The translations under genes and the position numbers were made by a program. Of a DNA stretch of 64,000 nucleotides, positions 8,902-18,207 are shown piece after piece. Numbering within the stretch: the first letter of the stretch is position 1; every line of letters begins with the position of its first letter. Location of the stretch: assembly GCA_038046365.1 (NCBI GenBank), contig JBBSWF010000136.1, forward strand, positions 3,681 to 67,680, written 5' to 3'. The stretch comes from Nanobdellota archaeon. Its GTDB lineage: Archaea > Nanobdellota > Nanobdellia > Woesearchaeales > JAGWAF01. Under the pieces are notes generated by a model. The model saw only the letters and a list, made by a program, of their open reading frames with translations. It had not been told where the DNA came from and searched no databases.

Positions 8902-11169
8902 ATGAAAACAACCGCCATCATCATGATAATGCTGCTGACACTATCGATTGCCGCGAGCGCAGAAGAAGGATCCGATGACGGCGGCGAATCCACGCTGCAA
9001 GACAAAGTCGAGAAGATAAAAGAGACCGCGGAGAAACTCAAAGAATTAGTGGACAAATACGGCGAGATGAAGCTAGACATAGTCAAGACCGAGCAAGTGA
9101 CCATCACCGACCAGGATGGCAACGGCCAGTCATGCGAACTCGAGGCATACTATGACTCGGACCTCGTGTCAGACCTCAAGACGAAGGCAGACGGCACATT
9201 CACAGGCAATTTCAACCATGGAAACCGGTTCCCCGGACGAGTCATAAGCTACCGGCTCTCAGGATGCAAATGCAAAGTCACAAGCGTGGAGCACAAAGCA
9301 ACATTCCCACAATTCGACGAGCACATCAACAGGCTCAAACAGCTCGCATCAGACGAAGCGATGGACTACGCCACCGAGAAAGGCAAAGAGGCGGCTGAGG
9401 ACGCCATAAAGAAAGGATTCGACGCAGCAGGCGCAGGAGATCTAGCCGGACCATTCCTCGCGGGATTTAAGATAGGAGCGGACCTTGGGGCGCCATTTGG
9501 CGAAGCGCTGACCAAAGGGCTAAACGACATGCTCGAATTATCGCTGAACCAGAACAAATGGAAGAGAGAAGCACTCAAAGGGTCGCAAGAAGAGCTTGAA
9601 CCCGCCAACTACAGAAGGATCACCGCAAGATGGTGGGATCTTGGCAGGACAAGCCCGATGATCGCAAACAACTGGAACATCAAAGTCAAATGCGACCCGA
9701 GATACAGCACATCATCAGGCGACGCGACTTGGACCGATCCAAAACCGAAGAAAAAAAGAGAGCATTACCAGCCAAGCCCTGAACAAAGACAGGTGACAGC
9801 AAGGACCGACAACTACCAGGAGCAGCAGCGCCAGGAATGGGAGAAATACGAGAGAGAAACACGGATCGCGCGCGAAGCAGAAGCAAAACGCGTGGCAGAA
9901 GCACAGGCAAGACGCGAAGCAGAGATCGCCAAGGCCGCAGAAGAGATAAAGAAGACCTGCAAGATATGCGACCCAATAGCGCAGCAGATAAACGACCTGT
10001 CCAACAAGATCAAAGACCAGGAAGCGGCCGCGGCGCAAGCAGACGCGGCAGCAGCTGCAGCAGAGGATGAAGCGAAAAAAGCCCAACAAGCAGTCGATCG
10101 GGCCAGCAGGGCGATAGAGGAATTCGATAACCCACAGAGCTGGGCAGAATCGAACGGCCGCAGGATCACATCATCAGACCTCCTAATAGACCGCATGGTC
10201 GCGCGCGAGAACTTCGAGAGATACCTCGATGGAGACCAGACAGCGGCAGAAACAGAGAACAACTGGAAGAATTACGACGACAAATCAAGACAGGAGGCAA
10301 AGGACGGATACAGAAAGAGCCTGTCCGACGCCCTTGACGCCGCCAAACAGAAAGCTGAAGCGGCGAACAAAGACCTGAGCGCGAAAAAAGATGCAGCGAG
10401 CAAAGCGAACCGGGACCTCGCCTCGATGAACAAGCAACTCGCGGCGCTCAAAGCGCTACTTGAGGAATGCCTGAAGAAATGCAAAGAGCAGGCGAGAGCG
10501 ATCGCCATCAACCCACAGATGACCGCCGAACAACTAACCGGACGGATGATACCCCAGACAACACAAGGCCCATGCCAAAGGTACGAGAGGCTCCTATCCA
10601 AGTACAGGCTCACACCATCAAAATACGAATCGTTTGGCGAAGAGGAACTGATCGAAGCAAACATACCTCCTGGCGCCCACTCAGCGATAGAATCAGAGAG
10701 GAGAGACTGCAAGAGGGAAGCAACACCCTACGTGCCGCAGACAACGACGCGCACCATGATACCTCCACCGATGACAACGACGACCACCACTACAGGCACC
10801 ACAACCCCCACTCCACAGAGCTGCGACGAGATATGCTCCAGCAGATCGATGAGCCCCCAGAAAAGGGACTGGTCAAGCACAATACTATCGTACCTAAATT
10901 CCAACGGAGTATGCTCAAAATCCGCCAGCATCGACTTCGGATCGTACCTGATGATAGGCAGCTGCACATGCTATCCGACCAGTCAACCCAGCATACAGAT
11001 TTCAAGCGAGAAGCTAGTATGCAACACTCAATGCGGAACAGTGCCTTGCGGCAGCAAGACCTCCTGCTCATGCGGAGACAACTGCAGGCTCGACGTGGAA
11101 TGCAGATGGGGCGGATGGCGCCAGGTCAGCGAAAGGGCGTTCGTGCCAACAGCAGGGGCGGTGAGTTAA
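8902..11169 (+). CDS. Secreted protein with a coiled-coil tract, poly-Thr linker and Cys-rich C-terminal domain; function unknown
   Basis: The ATG at 8902 gives MKTTAIIMIMLLTLSIAASA (Sec-type signal). The middle is rich in Ala/Glu/Lys/Gln. A TTTTTTGTTTPTP linker precedes about 12 Cys in the last roughly 100 aa. Confidence 0.6.
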   Translation: MKTTAIIMIMLLTLSIAASAEEGSDDGGESTLQDKVEKIKETAEKLKELVDKYGEMKLDIVKTEQVTITDQDGNGQSCELEAYYDSDLVSDLKTKADGTFTGNFNHGNRFPGRVISYRLSGCKCKVTSVEHKATFPQFDEHINRLKQLASDEAMDYATEKGKEAAEDAIKKGFDAAGAGDLAGPFLAGFKIGADLGAPFGEALTKGLNDMLELSLNQNKWKREALKGSQEELEPANYRRITARWWDLGRTSPMIANNWNIKVKCDPRYSTSSGDATWTDPKPKKKREHYQPSPEQRQVTARTDNYQEQQRQEWEKYERETRIAREAEAKRVAEAQARREAEIAKAAEEIKKTCKICDPIAQQINDLSNKIKDQEAAAAQADAAAAAAEDEAKKAQQAVDRASRAIEEFDNPQSWAESNGRRITSSDLLIDRMVARENFERYLDGDQTAAETENNWKNYDDKSRQEAKDGYRKSLSDALDAAKQKAEAANKDLSAKKDAASKANRDLASMNKQLAALKALLEECLKKCKEQARAIAINPQMTAEQLTGRMIPQTTQGPCQRYERLLSKYRLTPSKYESFGEEELIEANIPPGAHSAIESERRDCKREATPYVPQTTTRTMIPPPMTTTTTTTGTTTPTPQSCDEICSSRSMSPQKRDWSSTILSYLNSNGVCSKSASIDFGSYLMIGSCTCYPTSQPSIQISSEKLVCNTQCGTVPCGSKTSCSCGDNCRLDVECRWGGWRQVSERAFVPTAGAVS

Positions 11170-11214
11170 ATTTTCGCGCGTTCGTCGCTGTTGCGGACTC
11201 ACGCAGCGAAAATT
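11169..11214. terminator. Hairpin between convergent genes (possible bidirectional terminator)
   Basis: AATTTTCGC (11169-11177) pairs with GCGAAAATT (11206-11214). An oligo-T/A run follows. It lies between the 8902..11169 gene and the serS 3' end. Confidence 0.35.
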
Positions 11215-11243
11215 GACATTGAGAAGACTCAAAAACGCACAAA

Positions 11244-12626
11244 CTATCTTTTTTTCTTTGACACAGGAGAGGCAGGACTCTTCGAAGGAGCCGCCTCTTG
11301 CTTGGAAGCAGAAGAGAATTCAGCCTTCTTATCGAAAGACCTGGCCTTGACAGACTCGATCACCTTCATGCCGCCCATGTAGGGCTGAAGCACTTTCGGT
11401 ATCGTAACGCTGCCATCCGCGTTCTGGTAATTCTCAAGAATCGCGACAAGCGCCCTAGACGTGGCGATCGCGGTGCAGTTAAGAGTGTGGAGCACCCTCT
11501 TGTGGCCACCTTCTTTACCACACTTGATGTTGAGGCGCCGCGCCTGCCAATCAGTGCAGTTCGAGCCAGACACGACCTCCTTGTACTCCTTGGTGCGAGG
11601 CATCCAGGCCTCCATATCGTATTTCTTGGCTGCGACTATGCCCAAGTCGCCTGTGCAGATGTTCACCATCTGATACGGAAGCTCAAGGCCCTGGAAGAGC
11701 TCTTCAGCATTCTTTATCAGCTCCTCATGGAACTTCCAGCTCTCTTCAGGGACACAATAGATTATCTGCTCGATCTTCGTGAACTGGTGAACACGGAACA
11801 GGCCTTTCTCGTCGATGCCGTGGGCGCCGACCTCTTTTCGGAAGCACTGAGAGATCCCCACATACTTGATAGGGAGGCATCCCTCTGAGATAGTCTCATC
11901 CATATGCATGCCGCAGAGCGGATGCTCGCTTGTGGCAATGAGATACTCGTCCTCTCCCTCTATCTTGTACATGACATTCTCGAAATCACCGAGGTCAGTC
12001 ACGCCAGAGTACGGCTTGTGGCGCATCATGAAAGGCGGCTGGACCAAAGTGTAACCCTTCTTGATCAGATTATCGAGAGCGTAACGGACAAGAGCCTGGT
12101 CCAGTTGGGCGAGAGCGCCTTTTAGGATGTAGAACCCGGCGCCGCTTATCTTGACAGCGCGATCGAAGTCCGCGATGCCCAAAGACTCCGCCAGCTCTGC
12201 ATGGTTCTTGACCGGGAAATCGAAGACACGTTTCTTGCCCCAGGTCTTGACGACCACATTCTCTGAAGAGTCTTTTCCATATGGGACAGAATCATGAGTG
12301 ATGTTGGGCAAGCGCATGAGCTTATTGTCGATCTCAGCCTTGATCACATCGCACGCTGCCTGCTGGTCTTCAATCTTCTTAGGAAGAGCCTTGACCTCTG
12401 CAAGCACTTGCGAGGCATCTTTACCCTGCTTCTTCAACTCGTTTATCTGCTGAGAGAGAGAGTTTCTGCTGCGCTGGATATCGTTTAGCCTGGCGACCTC
12501 CTGACGCCATACCTTGTCCTTCTCTAATATCTCGTCGATCCATGCTAACTTGACGGAATCACGGCGCTTCTTTAGGTCATTCCTCAAGATGTCAGGGTTC
12601 GTCCGCAGCAATTCGATATCGATCAT
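11244..12626 (-). CDS. serS: Seryl-tRNA synthetase with a roughly 36-aa Lys/Ser/Pro-rich C-terminal extension
   Basis: 460-aa ORF with an N-terminal coiled-coil arm and class-II motifs (CFRKEVGAHG, GSGNCTDWQARRL, TLNCTAIATSRAL). The usual terminus ...LQPYMGGMKVIE is followed by SVKARSFDKKAEFSSASKQEAAPSKSPASPVSKKKR. Confidence 0.95.
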   Translation of the reverse strand: MIDIELLRTNPDILRNDLKKRRDSVKLAWIDEILEKDKVWRQEVARLNDIQRSRNSLSQQINELKKQGKDASQVLAEVKALPKKIEDQQAACDVIKAEIDNKLMRLPNITHDSVPYGKDSSENVVVKTWGKKRVFDFPVKNHAELAESLGIADFDRAVKISGAGFYILKGALAQLDQALVRYALDNLIKKGYTLVQPPFMMRHKPYSGVTDLGDFENVMYKIEGEDEYLIATSEHPLCGMHMDETISEGCLPIKYVGISQCFRKEVGAHGIDEKGLFRVHQFTKIEQIIYCVPEESWKFHEELIKNAEELFQGLELPYQMVNICTGDLGIVAAKKYDMEAWMPRTKEYKEVVSGSNCTDWQARRLNIKCGKEGGHKRVLHTLNCTAIATSRALVAILENYQNADGSVTIPKVLQPYMGGMKVIESVKARSFDKKAEFSSASKQEAAPSKSPASPVSKKKR

Positions 12627-12694
12627 AAACAGGAAGAGTGAGGAAGCGGTTTAAAAAATGTATGGACTTGGATGGCACGCCCAAGAAATATAGT

Positions 12695-12782
12695 AAAGGA
12701 CGCAAATAATTGATAAAGATAGTTGCGTCCTTTAGATATAGTGGCGGAGGTTAATAGCTCAATTATTTTGTCCGCCACTATA
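12695..12782 (-). terminator. Two consecutive perfect hairpins immediately 3' of the 12786..13730 gene
   Basis: Hairpin A pairs AAAGGACGCAA (12695-12705) with TTGCGTCCTTT (12723-12733). Hairpin B pairs TATAGTGGCGGA (12737-12748) with TCCGCCACTATA (12771-12782). Hairpin B begins 3 nt after the stop codon on the minus strand. Confidence 0.4.
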
Positions 12783-12785
12783 GAT

Positions 12786-13730
12786 TCAGGAATCAGTGGC
12801 ATTCCCTTCAGAAGGCCTGCAAAAGAACTGGATAGACTCGTGGTAACCAGGCCTTGTCGCATAGACAAGATCCGGCTTTGTTGTGTCGTATGAAGCGTTG
12901 GTATCTGCCTGGTTCATGCTGCCTCCTGAGATGAAGATCGCTTCCCCACGGACACAAGAAACCTTGAGACCTGCGCCTAACTTGTTAGACTCACCACAAT
13001 TCATATCACCCAAGAGGCGCCGGTTAAGAGAGATCACCAAAGCATCCTTGACCTTCGGACCTGAGCCACCCTCCTTGTAGATAGTCACTTCCTTATCAGA
13101 AGGATTGGCCAAATCCACCCTCAAGTACTTCTTCTCAAGATCGCAGCCGACACCACGGATGAAACCTTCCTCTTTTACGGCAAGGATAGGTATCGTGGAT
13201 ATGTTGAACGTCTTGGACTCAGATTGAGCATATTTCGCCAACTCTTTCTTTAGCTCGGTAGGTTTTAGGTACGCCTCGCCATTGATGTAGATGAACGGCC
13301 TGACCTCACGGATGCCTCTGCCGAGATGTTGAGCGATATCAAAGGCCACAGCATCCTTGTCGACGTCAGGAACTGTGAACTTCTCGGTCTTGCCGTCCCA
13401 TGTGGACGTGACATCGCTTGTAGTGTAGCCTGTCCTTGCATCGATGCGATTCTTGGGTTTCTCAGGGACAGCAGGCGCGGCTTTGGGAATACTTTCATTA
13501 GTCTCAATGGTGATGTTTCCGGAATCAATCACCACGTCCGCCTGACCCACAACCTCCTGAGGCTCGGCAGATACGTTAGACTGAATGATAGACGCATTCG
13601 CGTATGGCTTCGACTCATTCTTTAAAGAGACGGGCTTCTTGGTAGCATTCTTCTCACCGAGTGCCTCTGGCTTGACACAGCCCACGATTACAACTAGCGC
13701 TATCAATAGAAACACGATACGATTATCCAT
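12786..13730 (-). CDS. Secreted/lipoprotein-like hypothetical protein
   Basis: 314-aa ORF. The N-terminus MDNRIVFLLIALVVIVGC is a signal with a lipobox-like Cys. No motif was recognised. Confidence 0.5.
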   Translation of the reverse strand: MDNRIVFLLIALVVIVGCVKPEALGEKNATKKPVSLKNESKPYANASIIQSNVSAEPQEVVGQADVVIDSGNITIETNESIPKAAPAVPEKPKNRIDARTGYTTSDVTSTWDGKTEKFTVPDVDKDAVAFDIAQHLGRGIREVRPFIYINGEAYLKPTELKKELAKYAQSESKTFNISTIPILAVKEEGFIRGVGCDLEKKYLRVDLANPSDKEVTIYKEGGSGPKVKDALVISLNRRLLGDMNCGESNKLGAGLKVSCVRGEAIFISGGSMNQADTNASYDTTKPDLVYATRPGYHESIQFFCRPSEGNATDS

Positions 13731-13798
13731 AGGAGATGCCCGACGGATATATGTATAAAAAGGTTATCAAATCTTCAACATATGTTGAGGCTAAACCA

Positions 13799-15856
13799 TC
13801 AGGATACCAATCTGGAGGCTACATTATCATGGATCCAGAAACCCAATCGGGCAAAAAGCATCCGTATGCTCTGCAAAGCATTAAGGCTCTTGATTGACAC
13901 CTCGAGTTGCTTGCGCTCCTCGATTATCTTGCCACTATCACCTTCGTATCTTAATATCACATCAAGCCCCCCAGCACCTGCGATGTCAGACCCAGACATC
14001 GCGATGCTAAACGAGCTAACCGGGGATTCGGGAATCGGCCAACTGGATGAAAAACCAGGAAGGCGTACAGTCAGTGTTGCGACACGAGGCATCGCGAGGC
14101 TCTCCCTACGGACAGAAACAGACAGGTTGAAACGGTCGTCATAACCCACCAGAGAAGGAGCCGACGCATTGTACAACACCATCCTTGGTGAATCAAGCAC
14201 AGTGGTTAGGACAGACCCATAACTTGTCAGATTGGCAACATGGAGAGTCACAAGGGTCTCCTGTTTACCTGGCGATCTCTTCTGCACCTTCAACTCATAA
14301 AGGCCACCGACAGGAGGGTTGAGAATCTCACAGAGGCCATCGGCACACAGGACGACTTTTTTCGAAGATAGATCACCAGGCATTGAGACATTGCACGCGA
14401 TCTTGAAAGGCTGATCGACCATCGGAGCCGAGACAGACGGCGAGCAATCAGGCCTAGGCAACCCTCTGCCGGAATCAGATTCTCCTTTTGAGATCGCAAT
14501 CGCATCATCCCAAGACAACACTGGCTCTTGATCGCTGGCATTGAAAGAAGAGACTGCGCTGGCATTGCGCTGAGTGTAAACGGTCATAGGGAACGTATAA
14601 ATAAAATCATGGGAGAGTTCCTGGTCCAGCCGCACTACCCATGACACGGTCACCCTCTCAAAAGGCCGCAGCGACAGATCTTTCCTAGCTGGACCGATGA
14701 TCGAGACACCCTCGGTAGGACCAAGCGATAAGTCCACATCGAGATACGTGTTCGCGAGATTTGCGATCCGCGCGAGAATCACATTATGCGAGCCCAAGCC
14801 TACCGAACCATACGCAGGATCTACTTCCAAACCAAGAGGCACTTCCAACCTCGGACCTTGCTCGACTACTTTAGACTCGAAGCGAAGAGGATGAATACCC
14901 AACTTGACATCCTTTGCCCTCCATTCATAAGTAGTGCTAGGCTCGGTCGCATCGAGCCCCTCCTTGAGCTTGATGTGGCTAGGATCCAACCACCCGAACT
15001 GGCCATAAGTAGGATCGAAAGGAACCCAACCGTAGCCTGGGAAATACACCTCAGCCCATCCATGAGCCCCCCACTTCTCCTTTACATTGTCAGAATTAGT
15101 GTAGGAGAGTCCTGAGATAAATTTTGCAGGAATCCCCGACGCGCGAAGAACAGCGATAAAAAGATTCGTGATCTCATCACACACCCCCTGCTTGTTCTTG
15201 ACGACCCAACTAGCGGGCTTGCTCACCTTCGCGTTGACCGAACTGAGATTATAAGTTATTTTGTCTCGGGTCCATGCCGCTATCAAACTGACAAGCAGAA
15301 AAAGATCATCCTCCCCCCTGGTCAGGTCCCCCGCCACCTTCGCGATCTCAGGAGAAGAGAAATCGACAGTCGGTGTCTCCGTGACATAGACTGCCACATC
15401 AGGAGGGATGAATGATAGAGGATAAGCGACCTTATTAGGGATCTGGGCGTAGACCGCCTTGCTCTTTAACCTAGTATCCACTGAGAAAGCCACAGTATCA
15501 TTCTCGGGAGCCAGCCAAGTGAACCTCAGGCGCGAATCGATGCTTTTGCTTGATGGATCGGTCTTTATAGAGACCATATCGAGACGCTTATCAAAGACCG
15601 GATGGAAAAACAGATCCGCAATTATGTACTCGACAGAAGGATAAGGCCCGACATCCAGAAGGTCGATGCTAGAAGAGATCCTAGCGTCAAGAACGATATA
15701 CTCCTTGTCATAGAATGAAACACCTTCTGCCATCGCATGCGGACCGGCTAAAACCAGTAAAATGAGCATATGGATGAGACCTATGACCCGCTTAGAGGCG
15801 ACGATAAAACCCGGCCTATATCGAATATCACCCATAAACAGGCCTTTTGGCCGCAA
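13799..15856 (-). CDS. Secreted transglutaminase-like cysteine protease-fold protein
   Basis: 685-aa ORF with an N-terminal hydrophobic signal. The transglutaminase core Cys-His-Asp reads QGVCDEITNLFIAVLRASGIPAKF ... GAHGWAEVYFPGYGWVPFDPT. Confidence 0.75.
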   Translation of the reverse strand: MRPKGLFMGDIRYRPGFIVASKRVIGLIHMLILLVLAGPHAMAEGVSFYDKEYIVLDARISSSIDLLDVGPYPSVEYIIADLFFHPVFDKRLDMVSIKTDPSSKSIDSRLRFTWLAPENDTVAFSVDTRLKSKAVYAQIPNKVAYPLSFIPPDVAVYVTETPTVDFSSPEIAKVAGDLTRGEDDLFLLVSLIAAWTRDKITYNLSSVNAKVSKPASWVVKNKQGVCDEITNLFIAVLRASGIPAKFISGLSYTNSDNVKEKWGAHGWAEVYFPGYGWVPFDPTYGQFGWLDPSHIKLKEGLDATEPSTTYEWRAKDVKLGIHPLRFESKVVEQGPRLEVPLGLEVDPAYGSVGLGSHNVILARIANLANTYLDVDLSLGPTEGVSIIGPARKDLSLRPFERVTVSWVVRLDQELSHDFIYTFPMTVYTQRNASAVSSFNASDQEPVLSWDDAIAISKGESDSGRGLPRPDCSPSVSAPMVDQPFKIACNVSMPGDLSSKKVVLCADGLCEILNPPVGGLYELKVQKRSPGKQETLVTLHVANLTSYGSVLTTVLDSPRMVLYNASAPSLVGYDDRFNLSVSVRRESLAMPRVATLTVRLPGFSSSWPIPESPVSSFSIAMSGSDIAGAGGLDVILRYEGDSGKIIEERKQLEVSIKSLNALQSIRMLFARLGFWIHDNVASRLVS

Positions 15857-15994
15857 ACATTTTTAAATTATCTCCAGATTCGTCATTTGAGGCAAGAAAA
15901 GAGAACAAACAAATCACAATTGCCGCGGATGGCATGCACAAAGGCTGAAACCTTTGGTCGCCACCGCGACAGATTGGATAGAACACAATTAACT

Positions 15995-16078
15995 GCCGCG
16001 GTGGCACAACCTGGTACTGCGCAGGGTTGCTAACCCTGTTTCCGAAAGGATTTCCCGGTTCAAATCCGGGCCGCGGCG
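15995..16078 (+). tRNA. tRNA-Ser-GCU: tRNA-Ser (anticodon GCU), 84 nt, no encoded CCA
   Basis: Hand fold. The acceptor pairs GCCGCGG with CCGCGGC, followed by discriminator G. The anticodon stem is CAGGG/CCCTG with loop TTGCTAA. The long variable arm is TTTCCGAAAGGATTTC. The T arm is CCCGG-TTCAAAT-CCGGG. Confidence 0.9.
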
Positions 16079-16182
16079 TAGCGAAGCGTAGCCCAAATAT
16101 TCTGTTTGATATGTTGGTCTAAATGCGAAGTGAAAAATGCCTGCCAAAACATATTTATAGGGGGTCTGGCATCCAAAAAAGT

Positions 16183-16674
16183 ATGGCAAATACGCGGATA
16201 TTCACAGTTATTGGTGTAATGATACTCCTTTTATTAGCATCGTGCAGGTCAAGCGATACATTTGGCGGCAAGATGGTTGGAGTTGAGCCAGAACCAACAG
16301 AAGGAGTTCCTGTAGATGACAGATCGGCTGAGGAGGCTGCAAACGGAGAATCCGCAAAGACAGACGAGGCGCCAGCTCCAGAAATACCCGATGTCGCAAG
16401 CGTGACTGAGATCGCCACATACGATGTGAAAGATACCTGCAGAGCAGACACCCTCGGCGTAGTCCGCACATTTGATTCAGAAGGACGAAAGAAGGTATTC
16501 CGGCCATTCTGCGATGGAGACTCAGTAGTCACTTTCTCATGCGTGGATGGCATCGCAAGACCTTCATCAAAAAACTGCCCGAACGGATGCTGGACATCGC
16601 CCACAAAAGGTGTCGGCGAATGCAACCCAAATGTCGCTCCAAGACGCACAATTGGAAGATTGCCGAAATATTGA
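16183..16674 (+). CDS. Small secreted/lipoprotein-like Cys-rich protein
   Basis: The ATG at 16183 gives MANTRIFTVIGVMILLLLASC. The mature part contains 7 Cys including the lipobox-like Cys (CRSSD, CRADT, FCDGD, FSCVDG, NCPNGC, ECN). A TATA-like CATATTTATAGG lies about 25 nt upstream. Confidence 0.55.
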   Translation: MANTRIFTVIGVMILLLLASCRSSDTFGGKMVGVEPEPTEGVPVDDRSAEEAANGESAKTDEAPAPEIPDVASVTEIATYDVKDTCRADTLGVVRTFDSEGRKKVFRPFCDGDSVVTFSCVDGIARPSSKNCPNGCWTSPTKGVGECNPNVAPRRTIGRLPKY

Positions 16675-16728
16675 CTGCACTTCTAAAATTTTTCAGGCGA
16701 TCGTAGAAAAAACTGGTTTAAAACAGAG

Positions 16729-17502
16729 TCATGGATTGACCGCTTTGAAACGGGCCAAAGACTCTTCTTCCATGAAGTGGAGGTCACCTGGGACGATGAG
16801 ACAATGCGGAGGCTTTCCGAAATCCTCAAATGACAATAAAGACGCGGAACCTGATTTGATAGTTGGAGATGGACCGCCAAGCCTGGCACAGCCCACGCAA
16901 AGAGTATCTGGGCCAAAGATGCCGTCTTTTCTACGGACAGAAGCGTTGAGAAGAGCGCTTATTGCATCGTTTACAGACATAAACCGGTCATTTGGAGGAT
17001 CAAGATCCAATAAGAGAAGGGTGTGGCTTTTCGACTTCTTATTATCTGAGATGACGTTGAGAGGAGTGTCTATTGGAATCTCTGACGAATAGAACGGTAT
17101 CGACGCAGTCTTACCGAACTTATAGAGTTGCAGACCAGTGGCTCCGATGGAAGAGAAAATCGAAGCGTTTGGCACGATCATGATTTCTATATTCTTATCC
17201 CGCGCTCGCACGATGATATCCTCATGGGTAGTGGCGCCGAGAGGGTCGCCAACTACCAGAAGGGCCACTTTCTTATCTTTGGCGTCAGATAGGATGGTCT
17301 CTTCAGCTTTTGACTCGACCATCTCGCGATCTGCCATTATGACATTCTTACCATAGAAAGACTCCAAGACGTCTTGCCTGCATTGAAGGACGGAGGTGTA
17401 ACATTCCAAGTACACCACGTCGGCGGCCTTGACCATCTCCAACCCTCGGACAGTGATGTCCTTCTCGTCAAAGAGGCCTAATCCGATAATTGATAACGAC
17501 AT
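16729..17502 (-). CDS. dph5: Diphthine synthase (EF-2 diphthamide biosynthesis methyltransferase)
   Basis: The start MSLSIIGLGLFDEKDITVRGLE (ATG at 17502) fits the family N-terminus and a TTTTTAAA box about 25 nt upstream. GDPLGATTHEDI is the tetrapyrrole-methylase-family motif. The track ORF extends to 17538. Confidence 0.85.
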   Translation of the reverse strand: MSLSIIGLGLFDEKDITVRGLEMVKAADVVYLECYTSVLQCRQDVLESFYGKNVIMADREMVESKAEETILSDAKDKKVALLVVGDPLGATTHEDIIVRARDKNIEIMIVPNASIFSSIGATGLQLYKFGKTASIPFYSSEIPIDTPLNVISDNKKSKSHTLLLLDLDPPNDRFMSVNDAISALLNASVRRKDGIFGPDTLCVGCARLGGPSPTIKSGSASLLSFEDFGKPPHCLIVPGDLHFMEEESLARFKAVNP

Positions 17503-17556
17503 GGAGGGAATAGGCATTTGGCGGTTTAAAAAGGTCACCCGGACATGGGACGCATC

Positions 17557-17743
17557 CTAAAAGCGGTACGTAATAAGTCGACCTAGATTTTTGGGGGCAG
17601 CACCTTCTCGCGTGGTGGTCTCGATCATCGTCTCATCGGTCGCCGCTCGACGAGGGGCTCCCTATTGCGACCAAAGAAATGTCACGCTCGACTGAGGGTG
17701 CTGCCCCCGCAACATGAGTCGACTTATTACGTACTAAAAGCGG
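17557..17743. mobile_element. MITE-like hairpin element E1: 10-bp direct repeats, 16-bp perfect terminal inverted repeats, and an inner 12-bp stem around a roughly 92-nt core
   Basis: CTAAAAGCGG occurs at 17557-17566 and again at 17734-17743. TACGTAATAAGTCGAC (17567-17582) is the perfect inverse of GTCGACTTATTACGTA (17718-17733). The inner stem pairs GGGGGCAGCACC (17593-17604) with GGTGCTGCCCCC (17697-17708). Confidence 0.6.
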
Positions 17744-17778
17744 AAACGATTTTATACTAGATGAAGAATTGATCAGGT

Positions 17779-18135
17779 ATGAGATTTACGACATTCGCAA
17801 TATGCTTATCTCTACTCTCAGTGATAGGCATCGGATTAGTAGCAACACTAGAATCCAGCAACCAGGCCGACCCGACTGGACTCGCGACAGGAAGCAGGTT
17901 CACGCCAAAGGCTCCAAAACAAGAGAAATACTGTCATGGATGGGAACACGGGCTTGAGGCTTGTTTCACGACAAAAGACGGACTGAAGCTGTTTAAGTGC
18001 CAGAATTATTACTGGTTGCCGGCAAATAATACGACAAAGACCTGCTGCCAGACGTACTTTGACTGCTCACGCACAGGGGAGTTTAAGCTGCCAAGCTACT
18101 GCGACCCAAACAATTTCATATGCAAGACCAGATAA
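17779..18135 (+). CDS. Small secreted Cys-rich protein
   Basis: 118 aa. The signal is MRFTTFAICLSLLSVIGIGLVA, and the mature part has 8 Cys. Confidence 0.55.
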   Translation: MRFTTFAICLSLLSVIGIGLVATLESSNQADPTGLATGSRFTPKAPKQEKYCHGWEHGLEACFTTKDGLKLFKCQNYYWLPANNTTKTCCQTYFDCSRTGEFKLPSYCDPNNFICKTR

Positions 18136-18207
18136 GAATACGGCAAGAGGTTCTATCGTCGAAAACCTTAAATACACAAAGTAGAGGAATCGACATAGGT
18201 GATATTC

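Noticed and set aside
10467-11216. A 249-aa plus-strand alternate-frame ORF overlapping the end of 8902..11169.
   Set aside because: It is an Arg/His/Asp-rich frame-shifted reading of the same strand. The annotated frame has a signal peptide, linker and Cys-rich domain logic, and this one has none.
17593-17708. Reading the E1/E2 cores as box C/D sRNAs (there is a CUGA next to the terminal stem in E1).
   Set aside because: No RUGAUGA box C lies near the 5' stem in either copy, and E2 has CGGA instead of CUGA. I also found no bulge-helix-bulge geometry.
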